From contig JAXGMI010000001.1 of the NCBI GenBank assembly GCA_040768745.1, positions 832,001 through 896,000 of the forward strand: 64,000 nt of DNA, given 5' to 3'. The DNA is from Desulfomicrobium sp. GTDB lineage: Bacteria > Desulfobacterota > Desulfovibrionia > Desulfovibrionales > Desulfomicrobiaceae. Below the pieces are notes generated by a model, which saw only the letters and a program-made list of their open reading frames with translations, ran no database searches and had not been told where the DNA came from. The first letter of the stretch is position 1. Each line of letters starts with the position of its first letter. The position numbers and the translations under genes were made by a program. This document shows positions 52,824-62,494 of this stretch, in pieces.

Positions 52824-53372
52824 TCAGAGGCTGCATTCTCCGCCGCAGCACGGGCCGCCAAGCCCGTCGTAGGCCATGTGGATGCGGCGCTCCCGGTCCA
52901 GGCGCTCTCCCGCGAGGGGCGCAAAGGTGTTCTGATCCGCCAGTGCTGCAAGATCCTCCCACAGCGGCACGGCGTGAAAGCCCTCACCCAACAGCCTGCC
53001 GTTTCCCGCTGCATGGAGTTGCAGGTCCATGGAGTCGGTGACCGCAACCAAGGGAAACGGCGCAGGGAGATGGATGCGCGCCACGGCCAGGCTTTCGCGC
53101 ACAAAAGTTCCCACCTCCCCGGGGCAGAAAAACAGGGCCAGCAACGGGTCCCCCTTCTCGGAAAAGACAGCGATGTCGATACGGGCCGCCTTCTGCACTC
53201 CCCCCACCTCGTATGTCGCCTCATATTTGGGACGGATGACCGCCTTGGGATATTTCCTGTCTTCAACCAACATCCGGGCCAGGGCCTGGCGAAGATCCTC
53301 ATACGTGGTGTCCATGATTTCCTGGCCGGAAATGTAGTCCGTGATGACACGGTTCAGACTGACTTCGTGCAT
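52824..53372 (-). CDS. Small protein resembling the HsdR N-terminal (PD-(D/E)XK-like) domain
   Basis: EDLRQALARMLVEDRKYPKAVI...RIDIAVF pattern; Cys-rich C-terminus CCGGEC; GGAGG SD. Confidence 0.6.
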   Translation of the reverse strand: MHEVSLNRVITDYISGQEIMDTTYEDLRQALARMLVEDRKYPKAVIRPKYEATYEVGGVQKAARIDIAVFSEKGDPLLALFFCPGEVGTFVRESLAVARIHLPAPFPLVAVTDSMDLQLHAAGNGRLLGEGFHAVPLWEDLAALADQNTFAPLAGERLDRERRIHMAYDGLGGPCCGGECSL

Positions 53373-53498
53373 ATCGCCTCCTCCGGTTCACCATATCCCA
53401 GTAAGTGCGAATACGTCGCCGGCAAGGGCCGCGGCAAGAGATAATCTTCTGACGAAGGCATGTGGGATTCCGGACGGTCCGCCCTGAGGCCAAGACCA

Positions 53499-55991
53499 TC
53501 ACGCATACAGGCTGCACACCAGAAACCGCAGCGAATTCTGCAGTTCAGGCAGCTCGGATTCCGGGATCTTTTCCCCGCCCATGCGGACATGAAAGATGTC
53601 CATGGCCTTGTCCTTCTGGGTGGCGATCTTGGCGAAAACGAGATCGATGCCCAGGCGGTAGAGGCACAGCGACACCGTGGCCAGCAAGCCTGGCACATCG
53701 GGGGCCTGCAGGGACAGGACGGTGTGGAAATCGGAGGCCTCGTTGTCGAGGTGGACCTGAACCAGATCCTCGTCGAGGGCGAAGACCTTCTTCAGGCGGG
53801 GAGCGACCTGCACGGGAAGGCGGTCCAGCCCGGACTCGTCGGCCATGAGGCGGGCGAGGCTGGACCGGAACATGGCCATGGTGTCGTCGGCATAGAGGAG
53901 ATCCAGGGGTTCGGTGACCCAGAACACGTCGACCACCGTCCGGTCGTCCCAGACGCACAGTTCGGCGCCGAGGACGGATAGAGCGTGCCGGGCCAGGGCC
54001 GCGCAAACCCTGGCGAAGAGGCCGGGCCTGTCGCGGGAGATCAGGGTGACGCGAAAGCAGCCGTTTTTGGGGCGATGCTCCCAGACCAGGTGAAAACCGT
54101 CGGTACCACCCTGGCTCGCGAAAGAGCGGACAAGGTCGACGTGCTCAAGGATACGGCGCGGGCTGGTCTGCATGAGGTAACGCGGCGGCATGACCGCGAG
54201 GAAGGCCTCGAACTCCTGCACGGAACAGTGATCGGGGCGGGACGAGCGCAGGCTGTCGCGCAGGCGGCTCAACCTGTGGACCTTGTTCTCGTCGGCCAGG
54301 AAGCCGTGATCGAGGACCTTGCGCGTCTTGAAATATGTCTCGCGCAGGAGGTTCTCGACCCAAGGGTTCCAGGCCTTGGGCCCGGTGGCGATGGAATCGG
54401 CCCAGGTCAGAAGCGTCAGGGCATCGAGGCGGGCGACGGTGCCCAATGTGGCGGCAAGCCCGTGAATGACTGACTCCTCGCCCAGGTCGCGACGCGTGGC
54501 GGTGTGGACCAGCAGGAGGTGGTATTCGATGAGGAAGGCGCATTCGCGGCACAACTCGTCGTCGTAGCCCAGACGTTCGAGAATGCGGCGGGACATCTCC
54601 GCCCCACGCACGGCGTGGTCGGCTTCCGCCTTGCCGATGTCGTGCAGCAGGGCGGCCCAGCGCAGACAGGGGACGTCGCGGAGCGGAAAAAGAACGTCAC
54701 CCAGAAATTCATTGCCGAATTCGAAGAAGGCGAGTTGGCGAACCGTTTCGACCATGTGCGGACCTACGGGGAGCAGGTGGTAGGCGTCGAACTGCACCAA
54801 ATGCTCCACATCGGTGAACTCCGGCAGGAACCGGTTCAGAAAGCCCACCTCAAGCATCTGACCGAGAACGTGCGGCGCAAGAGGTCCGCAGAGGATGTCG
54901 GCAAAGCGCGGGGCCACGGCTCGCTGCCAGCCCGTGTCGGTGTCGAGGGACGGGAAGCGCGCCTGGATGATCCGCCGCGTCTGCCAGCCGATGGGCACGC
55001 CCGTCTGTGCGCTGTGGCGGAAAAGTTCCAGAATGTTGGCCGGGTCCGCGACCAGAACGGAAAAATCGAGCCCCACTTCGGTAAGGCCCCCGCCGTCCCG
55101 GCCGGGGACGTTCGCGGCGGCAAGAGCGTGGTTCAGGCAGAGCCGGCAGAAGAGCGCGATCTCGGTCATGGCCTTGTGCAGGTCCGACAGGAAGAGCTCT
55201 ACGGCCCCCCGCTCCTGCGCCGCACCGTAACCGAGCCTCCGGGCCAGATCGGGCTGCATCTCCAGGTGCAGGATGTCGTTCTTGCGCCCGCTGGCCCGAT
55301 GCAGCGCGACCCTCGCACGGGCCAGCAGTTCGGCGCTCGCGGCCAGGGCGGTCCGCTCAGAAAGCTGGAGAAAATCCCCCCTCTTGTCCGGAAACGGCTC
55401 CGTCAGTTCCAGCCAGCGCATGGTCTGAAGGTCCCGCTGTCCCCCCCTGCCGTCCTTCAGGTTCGGGGCGAGAAGCCGCTCGCCTTGGCGGCGATGACGC
55501 TCCTCGTGTCGGCCGTTCAGCCAGCGGACCAGTTCGTCACGACCGGGCGTGAGCAGCCGCTCGCGGACGGCGCTCCGAAAGGCGTCGAACTCGGCCTGCG
55601 GCCCGAAGAGAAGCCTGGCGTCGAGGAGGGAGCACAGCACTTCGAAGTCGCTGGCGGCCAGTTCGAGGGTTTCGGCGACGGTCCTGACGCCGTGCCCCAC
55701 GTCGAAACCGCTGTCCCAGAGAGGGTGGAAAAGAGCTTCGGCCAGGGCTTGCGTATCGGTGGAGCCGGCCTCGGGCAGGCAGACCAGCAGGTCGATGTCG
55801 GAGTGCGGGTAGAGCTCCCCCCGGCCGTAGCCACCCAGGGCCACGACCAGCGACGAGCCGAAAAGCGGTCGATCTTTCTCGCAGATCTGCTCAATCCACA
55901 GATCCATCTGCCCCGAAAACCATGCCGGGGAGAGATCCCCCTCCCCGGCATGGTAGCGGTCTCGCGCCTGGCGCAACAATTCGATGTTCAT
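53499..55991 (-). CDS. glnD: [Protein-PII] uridylyltransferase/uridylyl-removing enzyme
   Basis: ALGGYGRGELYPHSDIDL, NLKDGRGGQRD, LLHDIGK HD domain, two ACT domains (DRPGLF, DVPGLL). Confidence 0.93.
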   Translation of the reverse strand: MNIELLRQARDRYHAGEGDLSPAWFSGQMDLWIEQICEKDRPLFGSSLVVALGGYGRGELYPHSDIDLLVCLPEAGSTDTQALAEALFHPLWDSGFDVGHGVRTVAETLELAASDFEVLCSLLDARLLFGPQAEFDAFRSAVRERLLTPGRDELVRWLNGRHEERHRRQGERLLAPNLKDGRGGQRDLQTMRWLELTEPFPDKRGDFLQLSERTALAASAELLARARVALHRASGRKNDILHLEMQPDLARRLGYGAAQERGAVELFLSDLHKAMTEIALFCRLCLNHALAAANVPGRDGGGLTEVGLDFSVLVADPANILELFRHSAQTGVPIGWQTRRIIQARFPSLDTDTGWQRAVAPRFADILCGPLAPHVLGQMLEVGFLNRFLPEFTDVEHLVQFDAYHLLPVGPHMVETVRQLAFFEFGNEFLGDVLFPLRDVPCLRWAALLHDIGKAEADHAVRGAEMSRRILERLGYDDELCRECAFLIEYHLLLVHTATRRDLGEESVIHGLAATLGTVARLDALTLLTWADSIATGPKAWNPWVENLLRETYFKTRKVLDHGFLADENKVHRLSRLRDSLRSSRPDHCSVQEFEAFLAVMPPRYLMQTSPRRILEHVDLVRSFASQGGTDGFHLVWEHRPKNGCFRVTLISRDRPGLFARVCAALARHALSVLGAELCVWDDRTVVDVFWVTEPLDLLYADDTMAMFRSSLARLMADESGLDRLPVQVAPRLKKVFALDEDLVQVHLDNEASDFHTVLSLQAPDVPGLLATVSLCLYRLGIDLVFAKIATQKDKAMDIFHVRMGGEKIPESELPELQNSLRFLVCSLYA

Positions 55992-56025
55992 GGGAAAAAT
56001 CAGGGCGGCCGAAGCCGCCCCTTCC

Positions 56026-56364
56026 TTACAGGGCCGATGCGCCGGATTCGCCGGTGCGGATGCGGATGGCGTTGTCGATGGTGGAGACGAAGATCTTGCC
56101 GTCGCCGATCTTGCCGGTCTTGGCCGCCTGCTGGATGGCGTCAAGGGCCTGATCCAGCAGGTCGTCGTCGATGACGATCTCGATCTTGACCTTGGACACG
56201 AAATCGACCTGGTATTCCGCTCCGCGATAGACTTCCTTGTGCCCGCGCTGACGCCCGAAGCCCTTGACCTCGGTCACGGTCATGCCCTGGATGCCGATGC
56301 CCGTCAGGGCCTCCTTGATCTCGTCCAGCTTGTAGGGCCTGGTGATTATTTCGACTCGTTTCAT
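56026..56364 (-). CDS. glnK: Nitrogen regulatory protein P-II
   Basis: KGFGRQRG, T-loop YRGAEY (Tyr51), [15 protein letters not shown]; linked to amtB. Confidence 0.95.
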   Translation of the reverse strand: MKRVEIITRPYKLDEIKEALTGIGIQGMTVTEVKGFGRQRGHKEVYRGAEYQVDFVSKVKIEIVIDDDLLDQALDAIQQAAKTGKIGDGKIFVSTIDNAIRIRTGESGASAL

Positions 56365-56387
56365 GATTCCTCCAAAATGGTGGGCTG

Positions 56388-57605
56388 TTAGGCCTGATAG
56401 GCCGATTCGCTGTGCATGGCCACATCCAGGCCGGCCTCTTCCTCTTCGTCGCTCACGCGCAGCGGCACGATGACGCTGATGACCTTGAGCAGAACATAGG
56501 AGACGATGAATGAAAAGGCGCAGGTCGCGACGACGGAGACGAACTGAATCCAGAGCTGTCCGGGGTTGCCGTAAAAAAGACCGTTGAACCCCGCCGGGTT
56601 GATGCCCTGGTTGGCAAAGAGGCCGGTGGCCAGGGCGCCCCAGATGCCGCCCACACCGTGGATGCCGACCACGTCAAGGCTGTCGTCGTAGCCGAAACGG
56701 GATTTCAGGCTGACGCCGAAGTTGCAGAAGATGCCGGCGCCGAGGCCGATGACGATCGAAGGCATGATGCCGACAAAACCGGCCGCCGGGGTGATGGCCA
56801 CCAGGCCTGCCACGGCGCCCGAGGCCGCGCCGAGGGTGGTGGGCTTGCCGTGGAACTTCCATTCCACGAAGGTCCAGGCCAGCATGGCCGTGGCGGCCGC
56901 GACGTGGGTGGTCACGAAGGCGTTGCCGGCCAGGCCGTTGGCGGCCAGGGCGCTGCCCGCGTTGAAGCCGAACCAGCCGAACCACAGCAGAGCCGTGCCG
57001 ATCATGGTCATGGGCAGGTTGTGGGGCAGGAAGGAGCGCTTGCCCCAGCCCTTGCGCTTGCCGATGACCAGGGCCGCGGCCAAGGCCGCGCTGGCGGAGC
57101 TCATGTGCACGACGGCGCCGCCCGCGAAGTCGAGGGCCCCCATCTTGGCCATCCAGCCGCCGCCCCAGACCCAGTGGCACAGGGGGGCGTAGACGAAAGT
57201 ACACCACAGGACGATGAAGATGAGGAAGGCCGAGAAGCGCATGCGATCGGCAAAAGCGCCTGTGATCAGGGCCGGCGTGATGATGGCGAACATGCACTGA
57301 AAGATCATGAAGACCATGTGCGGCAGGTTCGTGGCGATGGTCGCGTGGGGCTCCATGCCGACGCCGTCCATGCCGATGAAGTCAAGACCGCCGATGAGGC
57401 CGTTGATGTCCGTGCCGAAGGACAGGGAGTAGCCCCAGAACAGCCAGACCAGGGAGATGACCCCCAAGGCGGCGAAGCTCTGCATCATGGTGCCGAGCGC
57501 GTTTTTGGACCGGGTCATGCCCGCGTAGAACAGGGCCAGCCCCGGAGTCATGAACATGACCAGGGCGGCGCAAACGATGATAAAAGCGGTATCTGTCGGA
57601 TTCAC
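56388..57605 (-). CDS. amtB: Ammonium transporter
   Basis: [50 protein letters not shown] 57605 after GGAGG. Confidence 0.97.
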   Translation of the reverse strand: MNPTDTAFIIVCAALVMFMTPGLALFYAGMTRSKNALGTMMQSFAALGVISLVWLFWGYSLSFGTDINGLIGGLDFIGMDGVGMEPHATIATNLPHMVFMIFQCMFAIITPALITGAFADRMRFSAFLIFIVLWCTFVYAPLCHWVWGGGWMAKMGALDFAGGAVVHMSSASAALAAALVIGKRKGWGKRSFLPHNLPMTMIGTALLWFGWFGFNAGSALAANGLAGNAFVTTHVAAATAMLAWTFVEWKFHGKPTTLGAASGAVAGLVAITPAAGFVGIMPSIVIGLGAGIFCNFGVSLKSRFGYDDSLDVVGIHGVGGIWGALATGLFANQGINPAGFNGLFYGNPGQLWIQFVSVVATCAFSFIVSYVLLKVISVIVPLRVSDEEEEAGLDVAMHSESAYQA

Positions 57606-57632
57606 AAAGCACCTCCATTTTTGTCGGGCTTG

Positions 57633-57648
57633 AGCAAGGACGGTGCCA
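57633..57648 (-). promoter_or_regulatory. Sigma54 promoter of amtB-glnK-glnD
   Basis: TGGCAC-CGTCC-TTGCT, perfect consensus. Confidence 0.92.
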
Positions 57649-58204
57649 AGGAATAACACTGTTTGATTTCAGGATATTAAGACAGCAATGCCGACAAATG
57701 GCAAACGCCGAAGATACAATTTCGTGCACCCGGAACGGCACAATGTCGTTTTTTGTCAAATATGACTGGTAATACTGAAGCCAGAATTGTCGGAATCAAC
57801 AGTTTCGTCGTAGCGGAAATAGCCCAAGACAAAAAATCAGAAAACAATCACCTTAAAGGGTGCTTCAGGATGAAAAAAATTCTGAACCGGAGCCTGGAGA
57901 CCGCAAAAAATCAAATTTCTCGTTTGAAAATATGGCAGGGACCAGAAAGAAAACCAAAATGAACGGCAAAAACTCATATCAAAATTGACAAAATCAACAT
58001 CAATATGAAAATATTGAATATAACAAACAAAATCATGAAAAGTTAGCAACAAAGCGTTAATCATGACTGAAAAATGACGATATTATACATAAATGTTATT
58101 TACAGTTAAAAAAATAGAAATAAAAATCACTAAATTAACAAATACCGAAAACCATCATGGAGGCAAAACTAATTAAATCAAATAAATCGGACCATTACGC
58201 ATGT

Positions 58205-58220
58205 TGGCACTGACCATGCT
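58205..58220 (+). promoter_or_regulatory. Sigma54 promoter divergent from amtB
   Basis: TGGCAC-TGACC-ATGCT (GG-N10-GC), followed by GGAGG SD and ATG 58258. Confidence 0.75.
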
Positions 58221-58257
58221 CTGGCTGGGTATCAACAACACCATCACGGAGGTCAAC

Positions 58258-58362
58258 ATGCACGAGGACAAACAACAAACAACCGCCCTGCTCACCCAGC
58301 CGGCCGAATGTTTGACGCACATGGCGCAGCGCAGGTTGCACAGGGTGGCCAGTTCCACGTAA
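58258..58362 (+). pseudogene. 5' stub of a sigma54-driven gene, or a 34-aa small protein
   Basis: Strong SD then MHEDKQQTTALL..., running into the antisense of the radical SAM stub and stopping at TAA 58360-58362. Confidence 0.5.
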
Positions 58363-58450
58363 AGCTTGCGGGGGGCTGAAGGCATCGACGGCATGCAGGC
58401 TTTTTTGAACAGCGCGCGATCCGCGTCAATAGCCCAGAATGACCCAGGGT

Positions 58451-59881
58451 TCACGACCCGGCCGGCAGCATGCCGTGCACCAGGCTCCCCAGCCCCTCCA
58501 CCCCGCGGGCCAGCTTCTCGTTCCAGGGGTTGCCGGTGTTCAGGCGGATGCAGTTTGCGAAGCGGTCCTGGGTGGAGAAGATGGTCCCGGGCGCGATGCT
58601 GATGCCCTGTTCCCGGGCCTGGTACATGAGTTCCACGGAATCAACACCCCGGGGCAGTTCCACCCACAGCACGCCCCCGCCCTCGGGCCGGCTGACCCGG
58701 GTCCCCCCGGGAAAGGTGCGGCTGATGTGGAGCTGCATGGCCTGGGTCTGCTCCAGGAGCCTGCGCCGCAGGGCCCGCAGGTGACGCTCGTACCGCCCTT
58801 CCTGCAGGAACATGGCCACCGCCTCCTGGGTGGGGGTGGCGGTGCAGACGTTGGTGGTGGCCTTCACGCTGTAGGCCTGGGCGCGGAATCGGCCGGGCAT
58901 GATCCATCCGATGCGGTACCCCGGGCACAAGGTCTTGGAAAAGGACGAGCAGAGGATGACCAGCCCCTGGGTGTCGAACATCTTGAAAACCGTGGGCCGG
59001 CTCGGCCCGAAATACAGGTCCCCGGCCACGTCGTCCTCGATGAGAGGGATCTGCCTTTGGGCCAGCAGGCTGACGACCTCTTTCTTGGCCTTGTCCGGGG
59101 TGAGGGAACCGTCGGGGTTGTTGAAATTGGGCGTGAAAATGCAGGCCCGGATGTCGAACCGGCTGAGGGCCCGTTCCACGTCCGACGGGTCCACCCCATG
59201 CCTGGGATGGGACGGGATCTCGATGGAGCGCACCCCCTGGTTCTCGAGCAGCTGCTGGAAGCAGAAATAGGAAGGGGCCTGGATGAGCACGTTGTCACCG
59301 GGCCGGACCAGACTGCGCACGGCCACGTGCAGGGCTTCCATCGCCCCGCAGGTGATGATGATCTCCTCGGGTCGGACGTCGAGCCCGGCCTGAGCCGCAC
59401 GCAGGGACAACTGTCGGCGCAGGGACAGGCTTCCCTCCACCGGCAGGTACCCGACCTGGCTCCGCGAATCCTCCCGCGCCATCCGGGCCGCAACCCTGGC
59501 CAATTCACGATGGGGCAGCAGCTCCTCGGCCGGGCAGTTGATGCCCAGGGGCAGCAGCTCCCTGTCCCCCACGGATTCGAGCACCGCGGCAATGAGCTGG
59601 CTGCGATTGATGGTGTGGGGGCGCAGCACGGGACGGGGGGTGCGCGGAGGAGGCGGCAGCTCCTGCGCGTCCCGGCGGACAAAAAATCCGGAACGGGGCC
59701 GGGACTCGATGACTCCCTTGCGTTCCAGCTCGGCATAGGCCTGCAACACCGTGCTCACGGCCACCCGGCTGCGGGCGCTGACATGGCGCAGGGACGGCAG
59801 CCGCGTGCCGGGTCCCAGGGTGCCCGAGGCGATCTGCTGCAGAAGGTGCTGCTCGATCTGACGGTATCTGAAATCTTCCAC
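58451..59881 (-). CDS. MocR-type GntR regulator (wHTH + PLP aminotransferase-like domain)
   Basis: RYRQIE..GTRLPSLR..TVLQAYAELE; PNFNNPDG, IEDD, SFSKTLCPGYRIGW. Start is GTG 59881 (GAGGA SD) or ATG 59899. Confidence 0.93.
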   Translation of the reverse strand: MEDFRYRQIEQHLLQQIASGTLGPGTRLPSLRHVSARSRVAVSTVLQAYAELERKGVIESRPRSGFFVRRDAQELPPPPRTPRPVLRPHTINRSQLIAAVLESVGDRELLPLGINCPAEELLPHRELARVAARMAREDSRSQVGYLPVEGSLSLRRQLSLRAAQAGLDVRPEEIIITCGAMEALHVAVRSLVRPGDNVLIQAPSYFCFQQLLENQGVRSIEIPSHPRHGVDPSDVERALSRFDIRACIFTPNFNNPDGSLTPDKAKKEVVSLLAQRQIPLIEDDVAGDLYFGPSRPTVFKMFDTQGLVILCSSFSKTLCPGYRIGWIMPGRFRAQAYSVKATTNVCTATPTQEAVAMFLQEGRYERHLRALRRRLLEQTQAMQLHISRTFPGGTRVSRPEGGGVLWVELPRGVDSVELMYQAREQGISIAPGTIFSTQDRFANCIRLNTGNPWNEKLARGVEGLGSLVHGMLPAGS

Positions 59882-59952
59882 GGTCTTATCCTCACGCATG
59901 GCGCCAAGGTGCATCGATTGCTGCCAACGATGCGGCTGTTTTCAGCGCAGTG

Positions 59953-60163
59953 TGTATCTCCGGAAATTACGTGAGATACAATCAAAGGCATGGATTCCCT
60001 TCCCCCGACGCCAACCAAACCCCCGCTCGAGCTCCCGCCCGAACGCCTTTTCTCTTCACATCTTCGTTTCTTCGCGCCCTTCCTGCCAAATCGTTCGATC
60101 CGCTGACTCGCAATCTGTTATGGTCAAAATTTATGCAAACTGTATCTGTACCGCAAACAGTTT
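59953..60163. promoter_or_regulatory. Candidate MocR operator repeats in the divergent promoter
   Basis: Inverted repeats TGTATCTC-N12-GAGATACA (59953-59980) and AAACTGT-N13-ACAGTTT (60137-60163); related ATCTGTTATGGT at about 60113. Confidence 0.6.
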
Positions 60164-60197
60164 TTGACTAGGGTACGGCCCGAGAGGATAATCGATT

Positions 60198-60920
60198 ATG
60201 AACAGCGCCACCCTTCCCGCCGCCAACCGCACCGAGTCCCCCCTGGCCTCGGCCTTCCGGCAGGCCCTGCCCATCATCCTGGGCTATGTGCCCGTGGGCT
60301 TCGCCTACGGGGTTCTGGCCCAGAAATCGGGATTGTCGGGCATCAACACCGTGCTCATGAGCGTGCTGGTCTTTGCCGGTTCTGCCCAGCTCATCGCTGT
60401 GGGACTTTTTGCCGCCGCGGCCTCCCCTCTGACCATCGTGGCCACGACCTTCATCGTCAACCTGCGCCACCTGCTCATGTCCGCAGCCCTGGCCCCGTAT
60501 CTGCGCAAGTGGAGCAAGCCCCAGCTGGCCCTTTTCTCCTATGAGATGACCGACGAGACCTTCGCCCTGCACGCCGGACGCTTCGCCAAGGGCGAGACCG
60601 CGCCGCTGGAGACTTTCGGGATCAACGTCATCGCCCAGAGCGCCTGGGTCGGAGGGACGGTCCTGGGGCTGGCCGCCAGCACCCTCATCACCGACGTGAA
60701 GCCCATCGGCCTGGACTACGCCCTGCCGGCCATGTTCATCGCCCTGCTCCTGGGCCAGCTCAAGTCCCGGCTGCACCTCCTGGTGGCCGTGACCGCAGGG
60801 GCCCTTTCCACCGTCCTGATGCTCGCGGGCCTGAGTCAGTCCCATGTCCTGGCCGCGACCATCCTCGCCGCAACCCTCGGCCTCGGAGCGCACGCATGGA
60901 CCAAGAGACGATCTTCCTGA
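60198..60920 (+). CDS. azlC: AzlC family branched-chain amino acid exporter permease
   Basis: PIILGYVPVGFAYG, FAGSAQ, VNLRHLLMS, TDETFA, DYALPAMF. Confidence 0.93.
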   Translation: MNSATLPAANRTESPLASAFRQALPIILGYVPVGFAYGVLAQKSGLSGINTVLMSVLVFAGSAQLIAVGLFAAAASPLTIVATTFIVNLRHLLMSAALAPYLRKWSKPQLALFSYEMTDETFALHAGRFAKGETAPLETFGINVIAQSAWVGGTVLGLAASTLITDVKPIGLDYALPAMFIALLLGQLKSRLHLLVAVTAGALSTVLMLAGLSQSHVLAATILAATLGLGAHAWTKRRSS

Positions 60921-61222
60921 CCATCCTCGGCATGATGGCCGTGACCTACATCCCCCGGGCCCTGCCCGTCCTGGCCTTGGCCCGGCGGACCCTCCCGGAG
61001 CCGGTCATCCGCTGGCTGGGCTTCATCCCCGTGGCCGTGCTCTCAGCCATGCTTGTGCCCTCGCTCCTGGCCCCGGAAAAAATCCTGGATTTTTCCCTCC
61101 GCAACATCTTCCTGTGGGCGGCCGTGCCGACCTTCCTGGTCTGCTGGAAGACCAGAAGTTTCGTCGGGGCCGTGGTCACGGGCATGGGCTGCGTGGCCCT
61201 GGGCAGACTCTTTCTCACCTGA
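60896..61222 (+). CDS. azlD: AzlD family exporter small subunit
   Basis: GMMAVTYIPRALP, PVAVLSAML; follows azlC. Confidence 0.9.
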   Translation: MDQETIFLTILGMMAVTYIPRALPVLALARRTLPEPVIRWLGFIPVAVLSAMLVPSLLAPEKILDFSLRNIFLWAAVPTFLVCWKTRSFVGAVVTGMGCVALGRLFLT

Positions 61223-61239
61223 ACCCGCAAGGAGCCTCC

Positions 61240-62424
61240 ATGAGCTTCCGTTTCACCAACCGCATCCAGAATACACCCAATTCCTTCATCCGCGAGATCC
61301 TGAAGGTCACCCAGGACCCGGAGATCATCTCCTTTGCCGGCGGCCTGCCCAACCCCGACCTGTTCCCCATCGCCGCCCTGCAGGACGCGGCCCGGGAGAC
61401 CCTGTCCAAGGCCGGCGCGCGGGCCCTGCAGTATTCCACCACCGAAGGCCACGCCGAACTGCGCGCCTGGATCGCGGCCCGCTACGCCCGCCGGGGCGTA
61501 GAGGTGCATCCTGACCAGGTCCTGGTCACCACAGGCTCCCAGCAGTGCCTGGATCTGCTGGGCAAGATCTTCATCGAGAAAGGCGACGAGATCGTCCTGG
61601 AGCGTCCGAGCTACCTGGGCACCATCCAGGCCTTCACCATGTTCGAACCCAGGTTCGTGACCGTGGACCTGGAGGAGGATGGCCCCAACCTGGACCAGGT
61701 CGAGGCCCTGCTGGCCACGGGCCGGCCGAAACTCTTCTACGCCGTGCCCAATTTCCAGAATCCTTCGGGCCTGACCTACTCCAAGGTCAAACGCGAGGCC
61801 CTGGGCGGGCTGTTGCGCAGACATCCCGGCACGGTCTTCATCGAGGACGACCCCTACGGCGAACTGCGCTTCGCCGGGGAGCACCACCAACCGCTGTTCG
61901 CCCACACGGGCGGCCGCAGCATCATGCTCGGCTCCTTCTCCAAGATCACGGTGCCGGGCTTCCGCCTGGGCTGGATGGTCGCCCCGCCCGAGATCATCCG
62001 CCTGGCCGTCACGGCCAAGCAGGCCGCGGACCTGCACTCCTCCACCTTCAACCAGTTCGTCATCACCGAGTACCTGGCCAGGCACGACATCGACGACCAC
62101 ATCGCCACCATAACGGCGTGTTACGGGTCCCAGGCCCGGGCCATGGTCGCGGCCCTGGAGCGCGAGGCCCCGGCCGGGGTGTCCTTCACCCGGCCCGAGG
62201 GCGGCATGTTCTCCTGGGTGCGCCTGCCTGCGGACAAGGGTTCGTGCATGGACCTCTTCGACATGGCCATCAGGCAGAAGGTGGCCTTCGTGCCGGGCAT
62301 GCCGTTCTACACCGACGGGGGCGGCCATGACACCTTGCGCCTGAACTTCTCCAACGCCTCCGAAGCCATCATCGACCAGGGCGTCACCCGCCTGTGCCGG
62401 TGCATGCAGGATTTCCTCAAATAG
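61240..62424 (+). CDS. PLP-dependent class I/II aminotransferase (LysN/ARO8-like)
   Basis: SFIREILK, ISFAGGLP, PNFQNPSG, EDDPY, GSFSKITVPGFRLGW, PEGGMF. Confidence 0.92.
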   Translation: MSFRFTNRIQNTPNSFIREILKVTQDPEIISFAGGLPNPDLFPIAALQDAARETLSKAGARALQYSTTEGHAELRAWIAARYARRGVEVHPDQVLVTTGSQQCLDLLGKIFIEKGDEIVLERPSYLGTIQAFTMFEPRFVTVDLEEDGPNLDQVEALLATGRPKLFYAVPNFQNPSGLTYSKVKREALGGLLRRHPGTVFIEDDPYGELRFAGEHHQPLFAHTGGRSIMLGSFSKITVPGFRLGWMVAPPEIIRLAVTAKQAADLHSSTFNQFVITEYLARHDIDDHIATITACYGSQARAMVAALEREAPAGVSFTRPEGGMFSWVRLPADKGSCMDLFDMAIRQKVAFVPGMPFYTDGGGHDTLRLNFSNASEAIIDQGVTRLCRCMQDFLK

Positions 62425-62438
62425 GTCTCCCTCCCGGC

Positions 62439-62470
62439 CATGGCGGGGCACACCCCATCGCCCCGCCATG
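62439..62470. terminator. Hairpin between convergent aminotransferase and radical SAM genes
   Basis: CATGGCGGGGC-N10-GCCCCGCCATG; no U-tract. Confidence 0.45.
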
Positions 62471-62494
62471 CGCCGCCATCGACTCTCCACCCCC

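Larger units (their letters stand above)
58173..58454 (-). pseudogene. Truncated radical SAM protein (N-terminal stub only)
   Basis: KLYVELATLCNLRCAMCVK CxxxCxxC motif; GTG overlaps the MocR TGA (GTGA); radical SAM character ends near 58293. Confidence 0.75.

Noticed and set aside
57650..58200. AT-rich stretch as oriC, a CRISPR leader or a small-ORF locus (57753-57962, 57837-58064)
   Set aside because: No DnaA-box cluster or repeat-spacer array seen; better explained as a divergent sigma54 regulatory region, and the ORFs lack coding character.
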